From the NCBI GenBank assembly GCA_963814035.1, contig CAWFBH010000012.1:75806-139805 (forward strand): a DNA stretch of 64,000 nt, read 5' to 3'. Positions within the stretch are counted from its first letter, which is position 1, and every line of letters starts with the position of its first letter. The DNA is from an uncultured delta proteobacterium (lineage in GTDB: Bacteria; Desulfobacterota; Binatia; Binatales; Binataceae). Made by a program: the position numbers and the translations under genes. This document shows, in pieces, positions 10,633 through 20,182 of the stretch. The notes below the pieces were generated by a model. That model saw only the letters and a program-made list of their open reading frames with translations, was not told the DNA's origin and did not search any database.

Positions 10633-11874
10633 CTAACTATTTACCGTACGAACTGCTGTAAGTCTGCAATCGGCGGATTCACGCCACCACTGCGAAGTGA
10701 TCGTGATCGCCGCGAGCAACACGATCGAGGAAAGGAAGTGCGCGGAAAAGAACAGCGCATAATGATTGGGGCGCGTGCCGGGAATCCAGTTGAGAAGCGC
10801 CGAGACCGCAACCAGAGCCATCGTGAGTGCTGGCGTCGTTGCCCCGCTGGGACGTTCGCTCCACGTCACAAAAGTCAGCAGCATGTAGGGAACGAGTAGG
10901 GCGACGTAGTAGCTCTTCCATGAGATCGGCACCAGCGACGGCATGATGCAAAACAACGCCGCGAGCTGAAATCGGTGCGGCCGCATATCCTGCCCTCCTG
11001 AATCAGGCATCCGGAAAAACCAGATGACGACTGCGGCGACGAGGGCCAGTTCGATTCCGGTCCCGATGTAAAGCGAAGCATGCGATGCGGGCGCGCCCGC
11101 TCTCGCGCCGATGCTCATCAATCGCGCAATTGCCGAGGTCGCGGACTGATTCGTCAGCATCGTGGTGTAGCGATCCGTCATCGAGCTCACGACCTGCAAA
11201 TACGCGACGGTTTGATCGAGCGCACCGCGGGGGCCGAAGACCAGCATCGGAGCAAGTATCAGGATCAAGCCGCATGCGATCGAAACAAATATCGAGCGCC
11301 ATTTTCCTTCGAGCAAAAGAAACAGCGCGGCGAGGCCTGCGAAGGGTTTGATGAGAATTGCCGCGGCGAGCATCGCGCCCGAGGCCATCGCGCGATCCTC
11401 CTCGCCGAGAACAATCGCCCATACTGTCAGGGCGAGCGTCGGCAGATTTATCTGGCCGTGTTCGATGTTGTTATCGATAAAGCGCGCGCACAGGATCACG
11501 GGGATCAGAATCAGCGCGGGTGTCAGTTGACGCTCGCGGCCGAAGAGCATTCGAGCGGAGCCCGGGATCAGCGCGATCAGCGAAACGCCGCTGATCAGGA
11601 ACCATGCGAACTGCGCGGCGCGGAGCGGAAGTGCGGCGAAGGGCGCGAAGACGATCGCGATGATCGGCGCATAGAGGAAATGGCTCGACTCATCGAGGCG
11701 ATAGATTGATTCGCCGTGGAGGACGCGGGCTCCCGCGCGATAGTAGACATTGAAGTCGCCTTGCACCCGTAGCACGGCAGCGATTCCGAGCGCGACGACA
11801 TAGATACCGACCGCGATCCACGCCAACTGAAGGAGCCGATCCGCGCGCCGCGCATCGGCGCTCGAGCGGCTCAC
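10633..11874 (-). CDS. polytopic membrane glycosyltransferase, GT87/DUF2029-like
   Basis: ORF 10633..12114 trimmed to GTG 11874 (GTGA overlap with the trm112-like stop). GDFNVYYRAGARVLHGESIYRLDE..FLYAPIIAIVFAPFA motif, followed by many TM segments. Confidence 0.65.
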   Translation of the reverse strand: MSRSSADARRADRLLQLAWIAVGIYVVALGIAAVLRVQGDFNVYYRAGARVLHGESIYRLDESSHFLYAPIIAIVFAPFAALPLRAAQFAWFLISGVSLIALIPGSARMLFGRERQLTPALILIPVILCARFIDNNIEHGQINLPTLALTVWAIVLGEEDRAMASGAMLAAAILIKPFAGLAALFLLLEGKWRSIFVSIACGLILILAPMLVFGPRGALDQTVAYLQVVSSMTDRYTTMLTNQSATSAIARLMSIGARAGAPASHASLYIGTGIELALVAAVVIWFFRMPDSGGQDMRPHRFQLAALFCIMPSLVPISWKSYYVALLVPYMLLTFVTWSERPSGATTPALTMALVAVSALLNWIPGTRPNHYALFFSAHFLSSIVLLAAITITSQWWRESADCRLTAVRTVNS

Positions 11875-12041
11875 GTAAGCGGCTTGGCCTCGTCGATCAG
11901 CATCACCGGAATGTCCTCGCGGATGGGATAAACCAGCTTGCAGGCCTGGCAAACCAGGCCGTCCTGCTTCTCGGTCAACTGCAGCTCGCCCTTGCACTTG
12001 GGGCAGGCGAGAATATCGAGCAACTCCTGGCTGATAGGCAT
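11871..12041 (-). CDS. Trm112/YcaR (UPF0434) family zinc-ribbon protein
   Basis: 56-aa ORF absent from the track, from my own translation: MPISQELLDILACPKCKGELQLTEKQDGLVCQACKLVYPIREDIPVMLIDEAKPLT. It sits directly after lpxK, as ycaR does in E. coli. Confidence 0.85.
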   Translation of the reverse strand: MPISQELLDILACPKCKGELQLTEKQDGLVCQACKLVYPIREDIPVMLIDEAKPLT

Positions 12042-12058
12042 CAAATACCTCCCGAGGT

Positions 12059-13183
12059 CTAAAGCGCGGCGGCCACTCCCGGTTGTGTCGCGCCGCCGAT
12101 GACGATTTCATCAAGCCGCGCCGCGTCCTCCGCGCTCATCACCACTTCAAGTCGTAGAGCGTATAGAGAATCGCGCGCGAACGGAAACTTCTCCAGCTTC
12201 ACGAGATCTTTCTCGGTCGTCATCACGATGTCGGCGTCGGCCGCGGCCTTGACGATCGTTTGCCAATCGGCGGAGTTGTAAACGTGATGGTCGGGATATT
12301 CGAGGACACCGACCAGGTCAGTCTCGATCTCGTGGAGCATCGCATAGAAGCCGCTGGGATCGGCGAGGCCGCTAACCGCGAGGACGCGTCGACCCGCCAT
12401 CGCGATCGGTTCTTCGCTCCAGTTCCCCTGCGCGTAATGAATTAAAGCCTTGGGCCGCAGCGTCGCGCACAGCATGGGGAGTTTCGCTATCGCCGTGAGC
12501 TGGCGCGCACTGATAGCGCTGGGACGATCGGGAATTCCACTCGACACGACGATAGCAGCATCTGCACGGCGAAGCGCTGCAAGCGGCTCGCGCATCGGTC
12601 CGGCAGGAATGAGATGGCCATTGCCAAAGCCGCGATCCTTATTGATAAGCACCAAATCGACGTCGCGAGCGAGGGCGCGATGTTGAAACGCATCGTCCAG
12701 AACGATCACATCAGGATGGGCGATCTCGGTGAGCAGGCGGACGCCATCGAGGCGGCGGCGCGCGACGACAATATGTCCGCGAAAGTTTTTCGCCATCATT
12801 AGCGGTTCGTCACCGGCCGCTTCGGGCGGAAGCTTGATGGTCACACCATCGGAAACCAGCGCGGCGCGGTCTTTTCTGGTGCGCCCGAAACCACGGCTCA
12901 CGATGCCGACTGAAAGTCCATGCGCCTGCAGCCTCGAGGCGAGAAACAGCGTGAAGGGAGTTTTTCCATTGCCACCCACGGTCAGATTTCCGATGCTGAT
13001 GGTTCTTACCGGCACGCGCTTCTTCGCGAAGTGCCAAACCGCATTGCGGAGGTTTTGACCAATGCGATAAACCAGCGACGCCGGAAGCAGACCGGCAATC
13101 ATCGCGCGCTGTGTCCAGCGCAACTTCCCGAACCAGAGATCCTCGATGCGCGGACGGCGATGGATGGTTTCGCGGCCTGGCAT
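12059..13183 (-). CDS. lpxK: tetraacyldisaccharide 4'-kinase
   Basis: P-loop ISIGNLTVGGNGKTP..GIVSRGFGR. Trimmed to ATG 13183 (TAATG overlap with the waaA stop). Confidence 0.9.
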   Translation of the reverse strand: MPGRETIHRRPRIEDLWFGKLRWTQRAMIAGLLPASLVYRIGQNLRNAVWHFAKKRVPVRTISIGNLTVGGNGKTPFTLFLASRLQAHGLSVGIVSRGFGRTRKDRAALVSDGVTIKLPPEAAGDEPLMMAKNFRGHIVVARRRLDGVRLLTEIAHPDVIVLDDAFQHRALARDVDLVLINKDRGFGNGHLIPAGPMREPLAALRRADAAIVVSSGIPDRPSAISARQLTAIAKLPMLCATLRPKALIHYAQGNWSEEPIAMAGRRVLAVSGLADPSGFYAMLHEIETDLVGVLEYPDHHVYNSADWQTIVKAAADADIVMTTEKDLVKLEKFPFARDSLYALRLEVVMSAEDAARLDEIVIGGATQPGVAAAL

Positions 13184-14442
13184 TATCGGTCGAGCGTAAT
13201 CAGTGTCCGCAGATGCATCAACGAGGTGCTCACTCCGCCGCTCAACTGCAGGATGCATTCGCGGGCGGCGCTGCCGGCGGTCCGTCGAGCGTCCTCGCTC
13301 GCGAGCCATTTCGCGGCGGCGCGTACGATTTCGTCGGCATTATTTACGACACGCGCGCCTCCAGCATCGATGAGCGCGGAGGCGGTTTCCTGCTGATTCT
13401 CATAATACGGACCGAACATTACCGGCACGCTCACCGATGCGGGTTCGGCGGGATTTTGTCCGCCCCGAACCTCGTTGAGAGTGCCGCCGACGAAGGCGAC
13501 GGTCGCGCGACGATAGAGCGGACGCAGCTCACCCATCGTGTCGAGGATCAGCACATCGGCATCGTTGTCGAAGCGGCTGGCGCTCGCGCGCACATACTTC
13601 AGTGAGCGCTCGCCGATAATTTTTTCCACCTCGAGGACGCGCACCAGATGACGCGGCGCGACGATGAGAGCGAGGGCGGGAAAATCCTTGCGCAATTCGA
13701 GATACGCGTCGAGGATGATTTCCTCCTCGCCCGCGGCGGTCGAGCCGGCGATAAAGATTGGGCGCTCGCCGGCAAATTCCTGCAATTCGCGCCGCAGCGG
13801 CATCTCGACCGCGGCATCGGGATCGAATTTGGTATTGCCCGTCACCACGATACGGGTTCGATCGATCCCCATCGCGGCGAAGCGCTCCACGTCATGTCCG
13901 GTCTGCGCCATCACAAGGTCGGCGCATTGAATGGCGCCGCTGAAGAGTTTACCCAGGCGGCGATAGCGCGCCAGCGAACGTTCCGAGATTCTTCCGTTGA
14001 TGATTGCTATCTTCGCGCCGCTTTTTTTCGCTTCCCAAAAATAATTCGGCCATAACTCCGTTTCAGCAATCAGCACCAGGTCGGGACGCACTCGCCGCAG
14101 GAACGCCCGCACCGCCGAGGGATTGTCGAGCGGAGCCAGCAGATGCGCGGCAGCTTTGGGAATCCGCCGCCGTGCGACGTCGCGTCCAGCGGTAGTCATC
14201 GCGGTGATCACGGCGGTTGCGGCGGGAGCATCGTGCATCAGGCGCATCATCACGCTGTGGATGGCCTCGATCTCGCCGACTGATGATGCGTGTGCCCAGA
14301 TCCGGAGGGCGCCTGATTCCGAGCGCGGCGCCGCGATCCCGAGGCGTTCGCGCGCCCCCTGCGAATCGGCGCCGTTGGAGGCGAGCAGCGCGAACGGCAG
14401 CGCGGGATACCAAAGCAGGTTGTATAGCGCGTGAAGTATCAC
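13183..14442 (-). CDS. waaA: 3-deoxy-D-manno-octulosonic acid (Kdo) transferase
   Basis: IWAHASSVGE, ETELWPN and FVGGTL..GGQNPAEP motifs. Position between msbA and lpxK. Confidence 0.9.
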   Translation of the reverse strand: MILHALYNLLWYPALPFALLASNGADSQGARERLGIAAPRSESGALRIWAHASSVGEIEAIHSVMMRLMHDAPAATAVITAMTTAGRDVARRRIPKAAAHLLAPLDNPSAVRAFLRRVRPDLVLIAETELWPNYFWEAKKSGAKIAIINGRISERSLARYRRLGKLFSGAIQCADLVMAQTGHDVERFAAMGIDRTRIVVTGNTKFDPDAAVEMPLRRELQEFAGERPIFIAGSTAAGEEEIILDAYLELRKDFPALALIVAPRHLVRVLEVEKIIGERSLKYVRASASRFDNDADVLILDTMGELRPLYRRATVAFVGGTLNEVRGGQNPAEPASVSVPVMFGPYYENQQETASALIDAGGARVVNNADEIVRAAAKWLASEDARRTAGSAARECILQLSGGVSTSLMHLRTLITLDR

Positions 14443-14490
14443 GTGAGTTCCCGTCTATGCCGCACGCCGATGCGGCCGGCCACTTCGAGT

Positions 14491-16269
14491 CTAGTTGATA
14501 ACGGCCGGTTCGCCGCCTTCGGTCTCGGGCGCGGTCATGAACTGCAGATCATAAAGCTTGCGATATTCCTGTCCGCGCGCGAAGAGCTCCTCATGAGTTC
14601 CTTCCTCGATGATATGCCCGCGCACCAGCACGATTATCTTGTCGGCGCGCCGCACCGTCGAGAGCCGATGCGCGATGACCAGCGTGGTGCGATTGCGCAT
14701 CAGGGTTTCGAGGGCATCCTGCACCGCGCGCTCCGACTCCGAGTCAAGCGAGGAGGTCGCCTCGTCGAGGATCAGGATGGGCGCATCCTTCAGCAGCGCG
14801 CGCGCGATAGCGATGCGCTGTCGTTCGCCGCCCGAGAGCCGTACGCCCATTTCGCCGACCATGGTGTCGTAGCCCTTGGGCAGCCGCGTGATGAACTCGT
14901 GCGCGTTGGCAGCGCTGGCGGCGGCGACGATTTGTTCCTGGGTCTTGGCCTGGCTGCCGTACGCGATGTTGGCACGGATCGTATCGTTGAACAGAAACGT
15001 ATGCTGGGTGACGATGCCGATTTGCGCGCGCAACGAATCGAGCCGGATGTTTTTCACGTTGATGTCGTCAACCGTGATGCGGCCCTCCTGGACATCGTGA
15101 AAGCGCGGGATGAGATCGGCGAGCGTCGATTTTCCACCGCCACTCATGCCGACCAGCGCCACCACTTTGCCCGCGGGAATCACGAGGCTGATGTCGCTCA
15201 GCACCCAGTCTTTCGCATAGCTGAAGCTGACGTGTTCGAGTGCGACGGTGTGATTGCCGGGTCCGAGAACCGCAGCCTCGGGGGCATCATGGATCTCGAT
15301 CGGCTGATCCATCATGTTGAACACGCGCTCAGCCGCGCCGAGGCTTTGCTGAACCGTATTGTTGATACGCGCGAGCCGTTTAAACGGTTCGTAGATAAGC
15401 AGCATCGCTACCAGGAACGAGACGAAAGTGCCGATGGTTCGGGTCCCATGAATTACCGATGCGGTTCCAAACCAAAGCACGGCCAGAATAGCTACCGCGG
15501 CCATCGCTTCGATCATCGGACCGGTGGCAGCTTTGATAACGGCGGCGCGCATGGAGAACTTGAACAGGCGCCGCAACTCGACGTCGAAGCGCTCGCGTTC
15601 GTATTCTTCCATCCCGAACGCCTTCACCACGCGATTGCCCTGATAGGCCTCCTGCAGCAGCGAGGTAATGCCACTCATCTGCTTTTGCGCCTTCTTGGTG
15701 ATCTTGCGCATGCGGCGCGAGAACGCCATCACCGGTCCCACCGCGCACGGAAACACCACGAATGCAATCAGCGCCAGTTTCCAATCGATCCAGAACGCCG
15801 CGCCCAGCACGGCGATCAGCCGCGCACCTTCGCCGACAACCGAAAAAGCGCCGTCGGTGATGCCGTTGGAAATTACCCCGACATCGTTGACCACCCGCGA
15901 CATCATCATGCCGCTGGGAGTGCGATTGAAAAATGACAGCGACATCCGTTGCAGCCTGCGGTTGAGGCCGGAGCGGATGTCGAGCGTGATGTGTTGCCCA
16001 ATGTAAGCGCTGAGATAGTCCTCGCCGAAGCCGGAAACCGAACGCATCACGAACAGCGCCACCAGCTCCAGCGAAACGATTTGCACCGTCCTGATCTGAA
16101 TGGTGCTCAGATGAGTAATCTGATCGGTGAAATGCTTGATGAGCAGAGGGATCGCGCCGTCAGTCGCGCTGCTCACCAGCATCGCGACTACCAGCATCCC
16201 CATGTAGGGAAATGTGTAGGGCCGCAGGTAAGCCAGCACGCGCCGGCTGAGCGGAGTGAGTAGTTTCAT
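14491..16269 (-). CDS. msbA: lipid A export ABC transporter permease/ATPase
   Basis: Six-TM exporter domain plus Walker A GMSGGGKST, LSGGERQRIAIARAL and ILILDEATS. Located between lpxB and waaA, with a 4-nt overlap with lpxB. Confidence 0.85.
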   Translation of the reverse strand: MKLLTPLSRRVLAYLRPYTFPYMGMLVVAMLVSSATDGAIPLLIKHFTDQITHLSTIQIRTVQIVSLELVALFVMRSVSGFGEDYLSAYIGQHITLDIRSGLNRRLQRMSLSFFNRTPSGMMMSRVVNDVGVISNGITDGAFSVVGEGARLIAVLGAAFWIDWKLALIAFVVFPCAVGPVMAFSRRMRKITKKAQKQMSGITSLLQEAYQGNRVVKAFGMEEYERERFDVELRRLFKFSMRAAVIKAATGPMIEAMAAVAILAVLWFGTASVIHGTRTIGTFVSFLVAMLLIYEPFKRLARINNTVQQSLGAAERVFNMMDQPIEIHDAPEAAVLGPGNHTVALEHVSFSYAKDWVLSDISLVIPAGKVVALVGMSGGGKSTLADLIPRFHDVQEGRITVDDINVKNIRLDSLRAQIGIVTQHTFLFNDTIRANIAYGSQAKTQEQIVAAASAANAHEFITRLPKGYDTMVGEMGVRLSGGERQRIAIARALLKDAPILILDEATSSLDSESERAVQDALETLMRNRTTLVIAHRLSTVRRADKIIVLVRGHIIEEGTHEELFARGQEYRKLYDLQFMTAPETEGGEPAVIN

Positions 16270-17435
16270 TGAATCATCGAGAGCGCGAGGGCGGCGACGC
16301 GTGCGGCGGCTCCCGGCGCGCCGAGGCGTCCACGCAAGGTGTTGAGATTGGCGATGGTTTGGTGGCGAATCGAATCATGCAGCAGCGGTTCCGCGGCGCG
16401 CACCAGATTGCGCGCGGTCAGCCCGCCCTGGATTAGCTCGGGGACGATTTTTTCGCCCGCCAGTATGTTGGGCATTCCGATGAACTTGACCCCGGTGACG
16501 AGCATCCTTCCCAGCGCGTAGGTCAGTGGCGACACTTTATAGGCAATCACCATCGGGCAGCCGAGCAGCGCGGTTTCCAGCGTTGCGGTGCCCGAGGCCA
16601 CCAGCGCGACCTCGCTGGCGGCAATGATACTATACGTGTCCCCCGGGATAATACGTATCCCGTCGAGGTTGACTTTGGCCTGCTCCGCGAGCTGCTCCGG
16701 CGTTAATGTAGGCGCCAGCGCAATGACCGGAATCAGGTGATGGTCGTGCGCGAGAACGCGCGCCGCCTCGATCATCGGAGGCAGGATGTAGCGCACTTCG
16801 GCGCGGCGGCTGCCGGGTAGCAGCGCCAATAGCTTCGAATATTTCGGGAGGCCGTGGCGCGCGAAAGTTTCCTCGCGGCCTTGCGCGGGCGCGACGCGAT
16901 CGAGCAGTGGATGACCGACGAAGCTTACGCGATCGCCTGCCGGGCCGTAGAGTTCCTGTTCGAACGGCAGCACGACTGCCAGTCGACTCGACCGATCGAT
17001 GATCTTTCTGGTGCGCCCGCGCCGCCACGCCCAGACCTGGGGAGTGATGTAATAGAGCACTGGCACGCCCGCTCGTTTGGCGATCCCCGCCAGCACCAGG
17101 TTGAATTCCGCATAGTCGATGAGAATGACGAGGTCGGGTTTGTCGGTTCGCAGGATGCGCCGCAGGTCGCGCATCGTCGCGAGCGACAGTCCGATGGTCG
17201 AGATCAATTCCGTCAGCCCGAGACCATGGATGTCTTCGATGCGCACTTTGGCCTCGACACCCGCCGCGCGCATCTGCGCGCCCGCGATACCGAACAGTTC
17301 GCATGACGGATCCAGTGCGAGGATTTGCCGCGCGAGGTCACCGCCATGCAGGTCGCCCGAGGCTTCCCCCGCGACGATCATGATACGCCGTCGGCGGCGA
17401 GGTCGTTCGCTCAACATTGCGCTGGATTCGGCCAC
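16266..17435 (-). CDS. lpxB: lipid-A-disaccharide synthase
   Basis: IMIVAGEASGDLHG N-terminus, YYITPQVWAWR, SGTATLE. Confidence 0.9.
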   Translation of the reverse strand: MAESSAMLSERPRRRRRIMIVAGEASGDLHGGDLARQILALDPSCELFGIAGAQMRAAGVEAKVRIEDIHGLGLTELISTIGLSLATMRDLRRILRTDKPDLVILIDYAEFNLVLAGIAKRAGVPVLYYITPQVWAWRRGRTRKIIDRSSRLAVVLPFEQELYGPAGDRVSFVGHPLLDRVAPAQGREETFARHGLPKYSKLLALLPGSRRAEVRYILPPMIEAARVLAHDHHLIPVIALAPTLTPEQLAEQAKVNLDGIRIIPGDTYSIIAASEVALVASGTATLETALLGCPMVIAYKVSPLTYALGRMLVTGVKFIGMPNILAGEKIVPELIQGGLTARNLVRAAEPLLHDSIRHQTIANLNTLRGRLGAPGAAARVAALALSMIQ

Positions 17436-17457
17436 GAGGTTGTTTGCGCCGATGCGA

Positions 17458-17847
17458 TCAGCGCGGCGCGCCTTTGACGGTGAAGCTGTAGGCCCCCATC
17501 GTATGGTCGCCGTCCTGCGAAACCGCGCGCCATTTCACGAAATATTGCCCCGGTGAAATCAGCTTGAGCGGCACCGTGATGCTGTGGCGATCGTCACTCG
17601 GCTCGCCGGCACCCGAAACGACATCGCCCTTTTCATTCAGCACCCGAACCGAGCTGGAGGCGGGATTGAATGCATTGTCGAAGTGCACCACCACCTGCGG
17701 TGGCGCCGCGCCCAAAGCGCTTCCCGCCGACGGTGTAGTTTGATCCGGGAAGCAATGCGCGAGGGCGACCGACGTCCACATCAAGACGGCAAAACCAACG
17801 ATCACGAGCCGCATGGAAAATTCGCCGACGCGAGTCATTTCAGCCAT
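17458..17847 (-). CDS. CopC domain copper-binding periplasmic protein
   Basis: Signal peptide, then mature HCFPDQTTPSAGSAL..VVVHFDNAF...YFVKWRAVSQDGDHTMGAYSFTV (CopC/YobA pattern). The start ATG 17847 overlaps the SCO1 stop; Met12 (17814) is an alternative start. Confidence 0.8.
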   Translation of the reverse strand: MAEMTRVGEFSMRLVIVGFAVLMWTSVALAHCFPDQTTPSAGSALGAAPPQVVVHFDNAFNPASSSVRVLNEKGDVVSGAGEPSDDRHSITVPLKLISPGQYFVKWRAVSQDGDHTMGAYSFTVKGAPR

Positions 17848-18451
17848 GGGAAATCGCGCGATTAATATCGTCGGCCAAAGTCGACGGCGTCACCGAGATA
17901 CCGTCATATTGGCGAATTTGCCGGCCGTCAGGTCCGAGCAGAAAACTCGTCGTGACGTGATCGATGGAGCCATCGGGCTCGCGCGTACGCTTGATCAAAA
18001 AAGTCGCGAGGTAAGCGTCGATCTGCGCGGGCGTGCCGGTAAGAAAAATCCAGTCGGCGCCGTTCGCGCCATGCTCGTTCGCATACTTGAGCAGAGCCGC
18101 TGGGTTGTCGTGCTCGGGATCAAGCGTTACCGAAACCAGGCGAACTTTCTTCGCGAGGTCAGGCGTCAGCTTCTTCTCGACCATCGACATTTTGGAGGTC
18201 AGCATCGGACACGTGCCGGAGCATCCGGTGTAGATGAAATTGATGAGCACATACTCGCCCTTGAGCGAGCTAAGATTGATGCTCTGCCCATTCTGATCCA
18301 GCAGCACGAGATTGGGTAAACAATCGCTGTTGTTCGCGGCCGGGAATGAACCGGTCTCGTCGTCGCTATGACATCCAGCGAGTGCAAGCGCGCCCATCAG
18401 GACTGCGACGAGAGTGAAATTGCGCGCGATGCGTGAAAACTGAGGTCTCAC
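17840..18451 (-). CDS. SCO1/SenC family thioredoxin-fold copper chaperone (lipoprotein)
   Basis: Lipobox LALAGC, CxxxC copper site FIYTGCSGTCPML, and distal His (IDHVTTSFLLGPDG). GTGA overlap with the upstream oxidoreductase. Confidence 0.85.
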   Translation of the reverse strand: MRPQFSRIARNFTLVAVLMGALALAGCHSDDETGSFPAANNSDCLPNLVLLDQNGQSINLSSLKGEYVLINFIYTGCSGTCPMLTSKMSMVEKKLTPDLAKKVRLVSVTLDPEHDNPAALLKYANEHGANGADWIFLTGTPAQIDAYLATFLIKRTREPDGSIDHVTTSFLLGPDGRQIRQYDGISVTPSTLADDINRAISHG

Positions 18452-19392
18452 GGCTGCTCCATGCTGATGCGGATTCGTTCGATCAATTCAATCACACGCA
18501 GGCCGTCGCGCGCAGTAACCGCGGGTGCGCTGCGAGCGCGTACCGCGGCGATAAACGAGGCGACCTCATCGGCGAGAGGATCGGCTTCGCCCAGGTCGAT
18601 CTGTTCCGCGGATATGGTCGGAAACGTTGTCCCCTCAGGCGGCGGACTTTTGCGATAGATCTGGATCCGGCGCGCCTCGTAGTCGACCGAGATGTATGCA
18701 TCGGATTGGAAAAAGCGAATCTTGCGCTCGCGGCGCGCGGCCACGCGACTGGTATTCACATTCGCAATCATACCGTTGCTGAAGCGGATGCGCGCATTGG
18801 CGACATCGATTTGATCGGTCAGCACCGCGACGCCAAGTGCCTCGACCGAGGTTGCTTCGGCGCCGGTCAGCGACATCAGGACGTCGAGGTCATGCACCAT
18901 CAGGTCGAGGACGACATCGACGTCGGTGCCGCGTTCGGTGAAGGGCGCAAGGCGATGGCATTCGACGAAGCGCGGGCGCTTGAGAATCGTGCGCAAGCGA
19001 TTCACCACCGGATTGAAGCGCTCGAGATGCCCAATCTGCAAAATGCGATCGGTGCCCTCAGCCAGTGCGGTAAGTGCGCGCGCGTCTTCGACGGTGGCAG
19101 CCATCGGTTTTTCCAACAGCACGTCGCATCCGGAGCGCAGCAGATGCGACGCGATTTCAAAATGTGTTACGCCCGGCGACGCGATCGTGACCACATCAAC
19201 TTCGTGATCGAGGACGCGATAATCGGTTGCCGGAGACGCGCCGAATTTGGATGCGAGCTGCGCGGCGCGAGCGGCATCGACATCGACAATATGCGTGACC
19301 CTGACGCCCGGAAGAGCGGAATACTTCGCGGCATGAAGACTTCCCAGGCGCCCGGCACCAACCACGGCGGCGCGAATCTCACTCATGCCCAT
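18448..19392 (-). CDS. Gfo/Idh/MocA family NAD-dependent oxidoreductase
   Basis: Rossmann N-terminus AAVVGAGRLGSLHA, and EKPMA motif (VLLEKPMAATVEDA). Confidence 0.85.
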   Translation of the reverse strand: MGMSEIRAAVVGAGRLGSLHAAKYSALPGVRVTHIVDVDAARAAQLASKFGASPATDYRVLDHEVDVVTIASPGVTHFEIASHLLRSGCDVLLEKPMAATVEDARALTALAEGTDRILQIGHLERFNPVVNRLRTILKRPRFVECHRLAPFTERGTDVDVVLDLMVHDLDVLMSLTGAEATSVEALGVAVLTDQIDVANARIRFSNGMIANVNTSRVAARRERKIRFFQSDAYISVDYEARRIQIYRKSPPPEGTTFPTISAEQIDLGEADPLADEVASFIAAVRARSAPAVTARDGLRVIELIERIRISMEQP

Positions 19393-20182
19393 ACACCGCG
19401 AGGTTGGCCGATTGCGCCATCGCGAGAGTGCGCTCGCGCTCCAGTATCAGACATTTATCGGCCTCGATACCGAGCATCGCGGCACCGATTTCCACCAATA
19501 GTTCAATTGTAGCCGGTCCGACCGCGGGCCGGTCGAAGCGCAAATCCTGCCCGGGTTTCGAAACTTTCGCGACGATTAGACCTTTGCCCGCGATTGATGC
19601 CGCGCGACGCAGCGCGGGATCAGTGCCCTCGGCGGCTTCGACCGAATACACCACGCCCCCACGCACGGCGACGCTTTGTCCGATGTCGAATGCGCCGAGG
19701 CTGCGCGCGATGGAGAAGGCGAGAGCGACATCGCGGAGTTTCTTCTCGCCCGGCTCAGGGCCGGCCATCAAACCCGGCTTCGCGATGGCATCGTCCATCC
19801 ACGGCACGGGATCGATAACGGGAATTCCCTCGGATTCGATTTCGCGCGCGATCGCGCGCAGGACCGCATCGTCACTCCAGCGCGTGATCGAGGAGAGCAT
19901 TTTGATCGCACGCTCGTCGGGTGCGAAGGTCTCGGCGAGGTTCGCGCGCGAGATCCCCCCGGCCATTGCGGCTTGCTCGACGCCGGCGTTTTTCAGCACA
20001 TCGACAATTTTTTGCAGCTCGCCGACCTTGATCCAGGTTAGCTGGTCAACCTGGGCTTCGAGTTCGGGTTTGGTTTCGCCCCGATGCGCCAGTGCGATCA
20101 GTTTGATTCCGCGTTTGCGTGCGGCGGCGGCAACTTCGAGGGGGAAGACTCCGTTGCCTGCGATTAGGCCGAGGCTAGTCAC
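19379..20182 (-). CDS. lpxI: UDP-2,3-diacylglucosamine pyrophosphatase LpxI (DUF1009)
   Basis: LGLIAGNGVFPLEVA.., ..DIGQSVAVRGGVVYSVEAAEGTD.., ..DLRFDRPAVGPATIELL. Start probably GTG 20182 (VTSLGLIAG), overlapping the lpxA stop; the track ORF extends to 20266. Confidence 0.85.
   Translation of the reverse strand: MTSLGLIAGNGVFPLEVAAAARKRGIKLIALAHRGETKPELEAQVDQLTWIKVGELQKIVDVLKNAGVEQAAMAGGISRANLAETFAPDERAIKMLSSITRWSDDAVLRAIAREIESEGIPVIDPVPWMDDAIAKPGLMAGPEPGEKKLRDVALAFSIARSLGAFDIGQSVAVRGGVVYSVEAAEGTDPALRRAASIAGKGLIVAKVSKPGQDLRFDRPAVGPATIELLVEIGAAMLGIEADKCLILERERTLAMAQSANLAVYGHE

Noticed and set aside
14431-15936. 501-aa plus-strand ORF antisense to msbA.
   Set aside because: The translation is Arg/His/Asp/Gly-rich with no motifs, while the opposite strand encodes a complete, motif-rich ABC exporter. 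This is a typical stop-codon-poor antisense frame in high-GC DNA.
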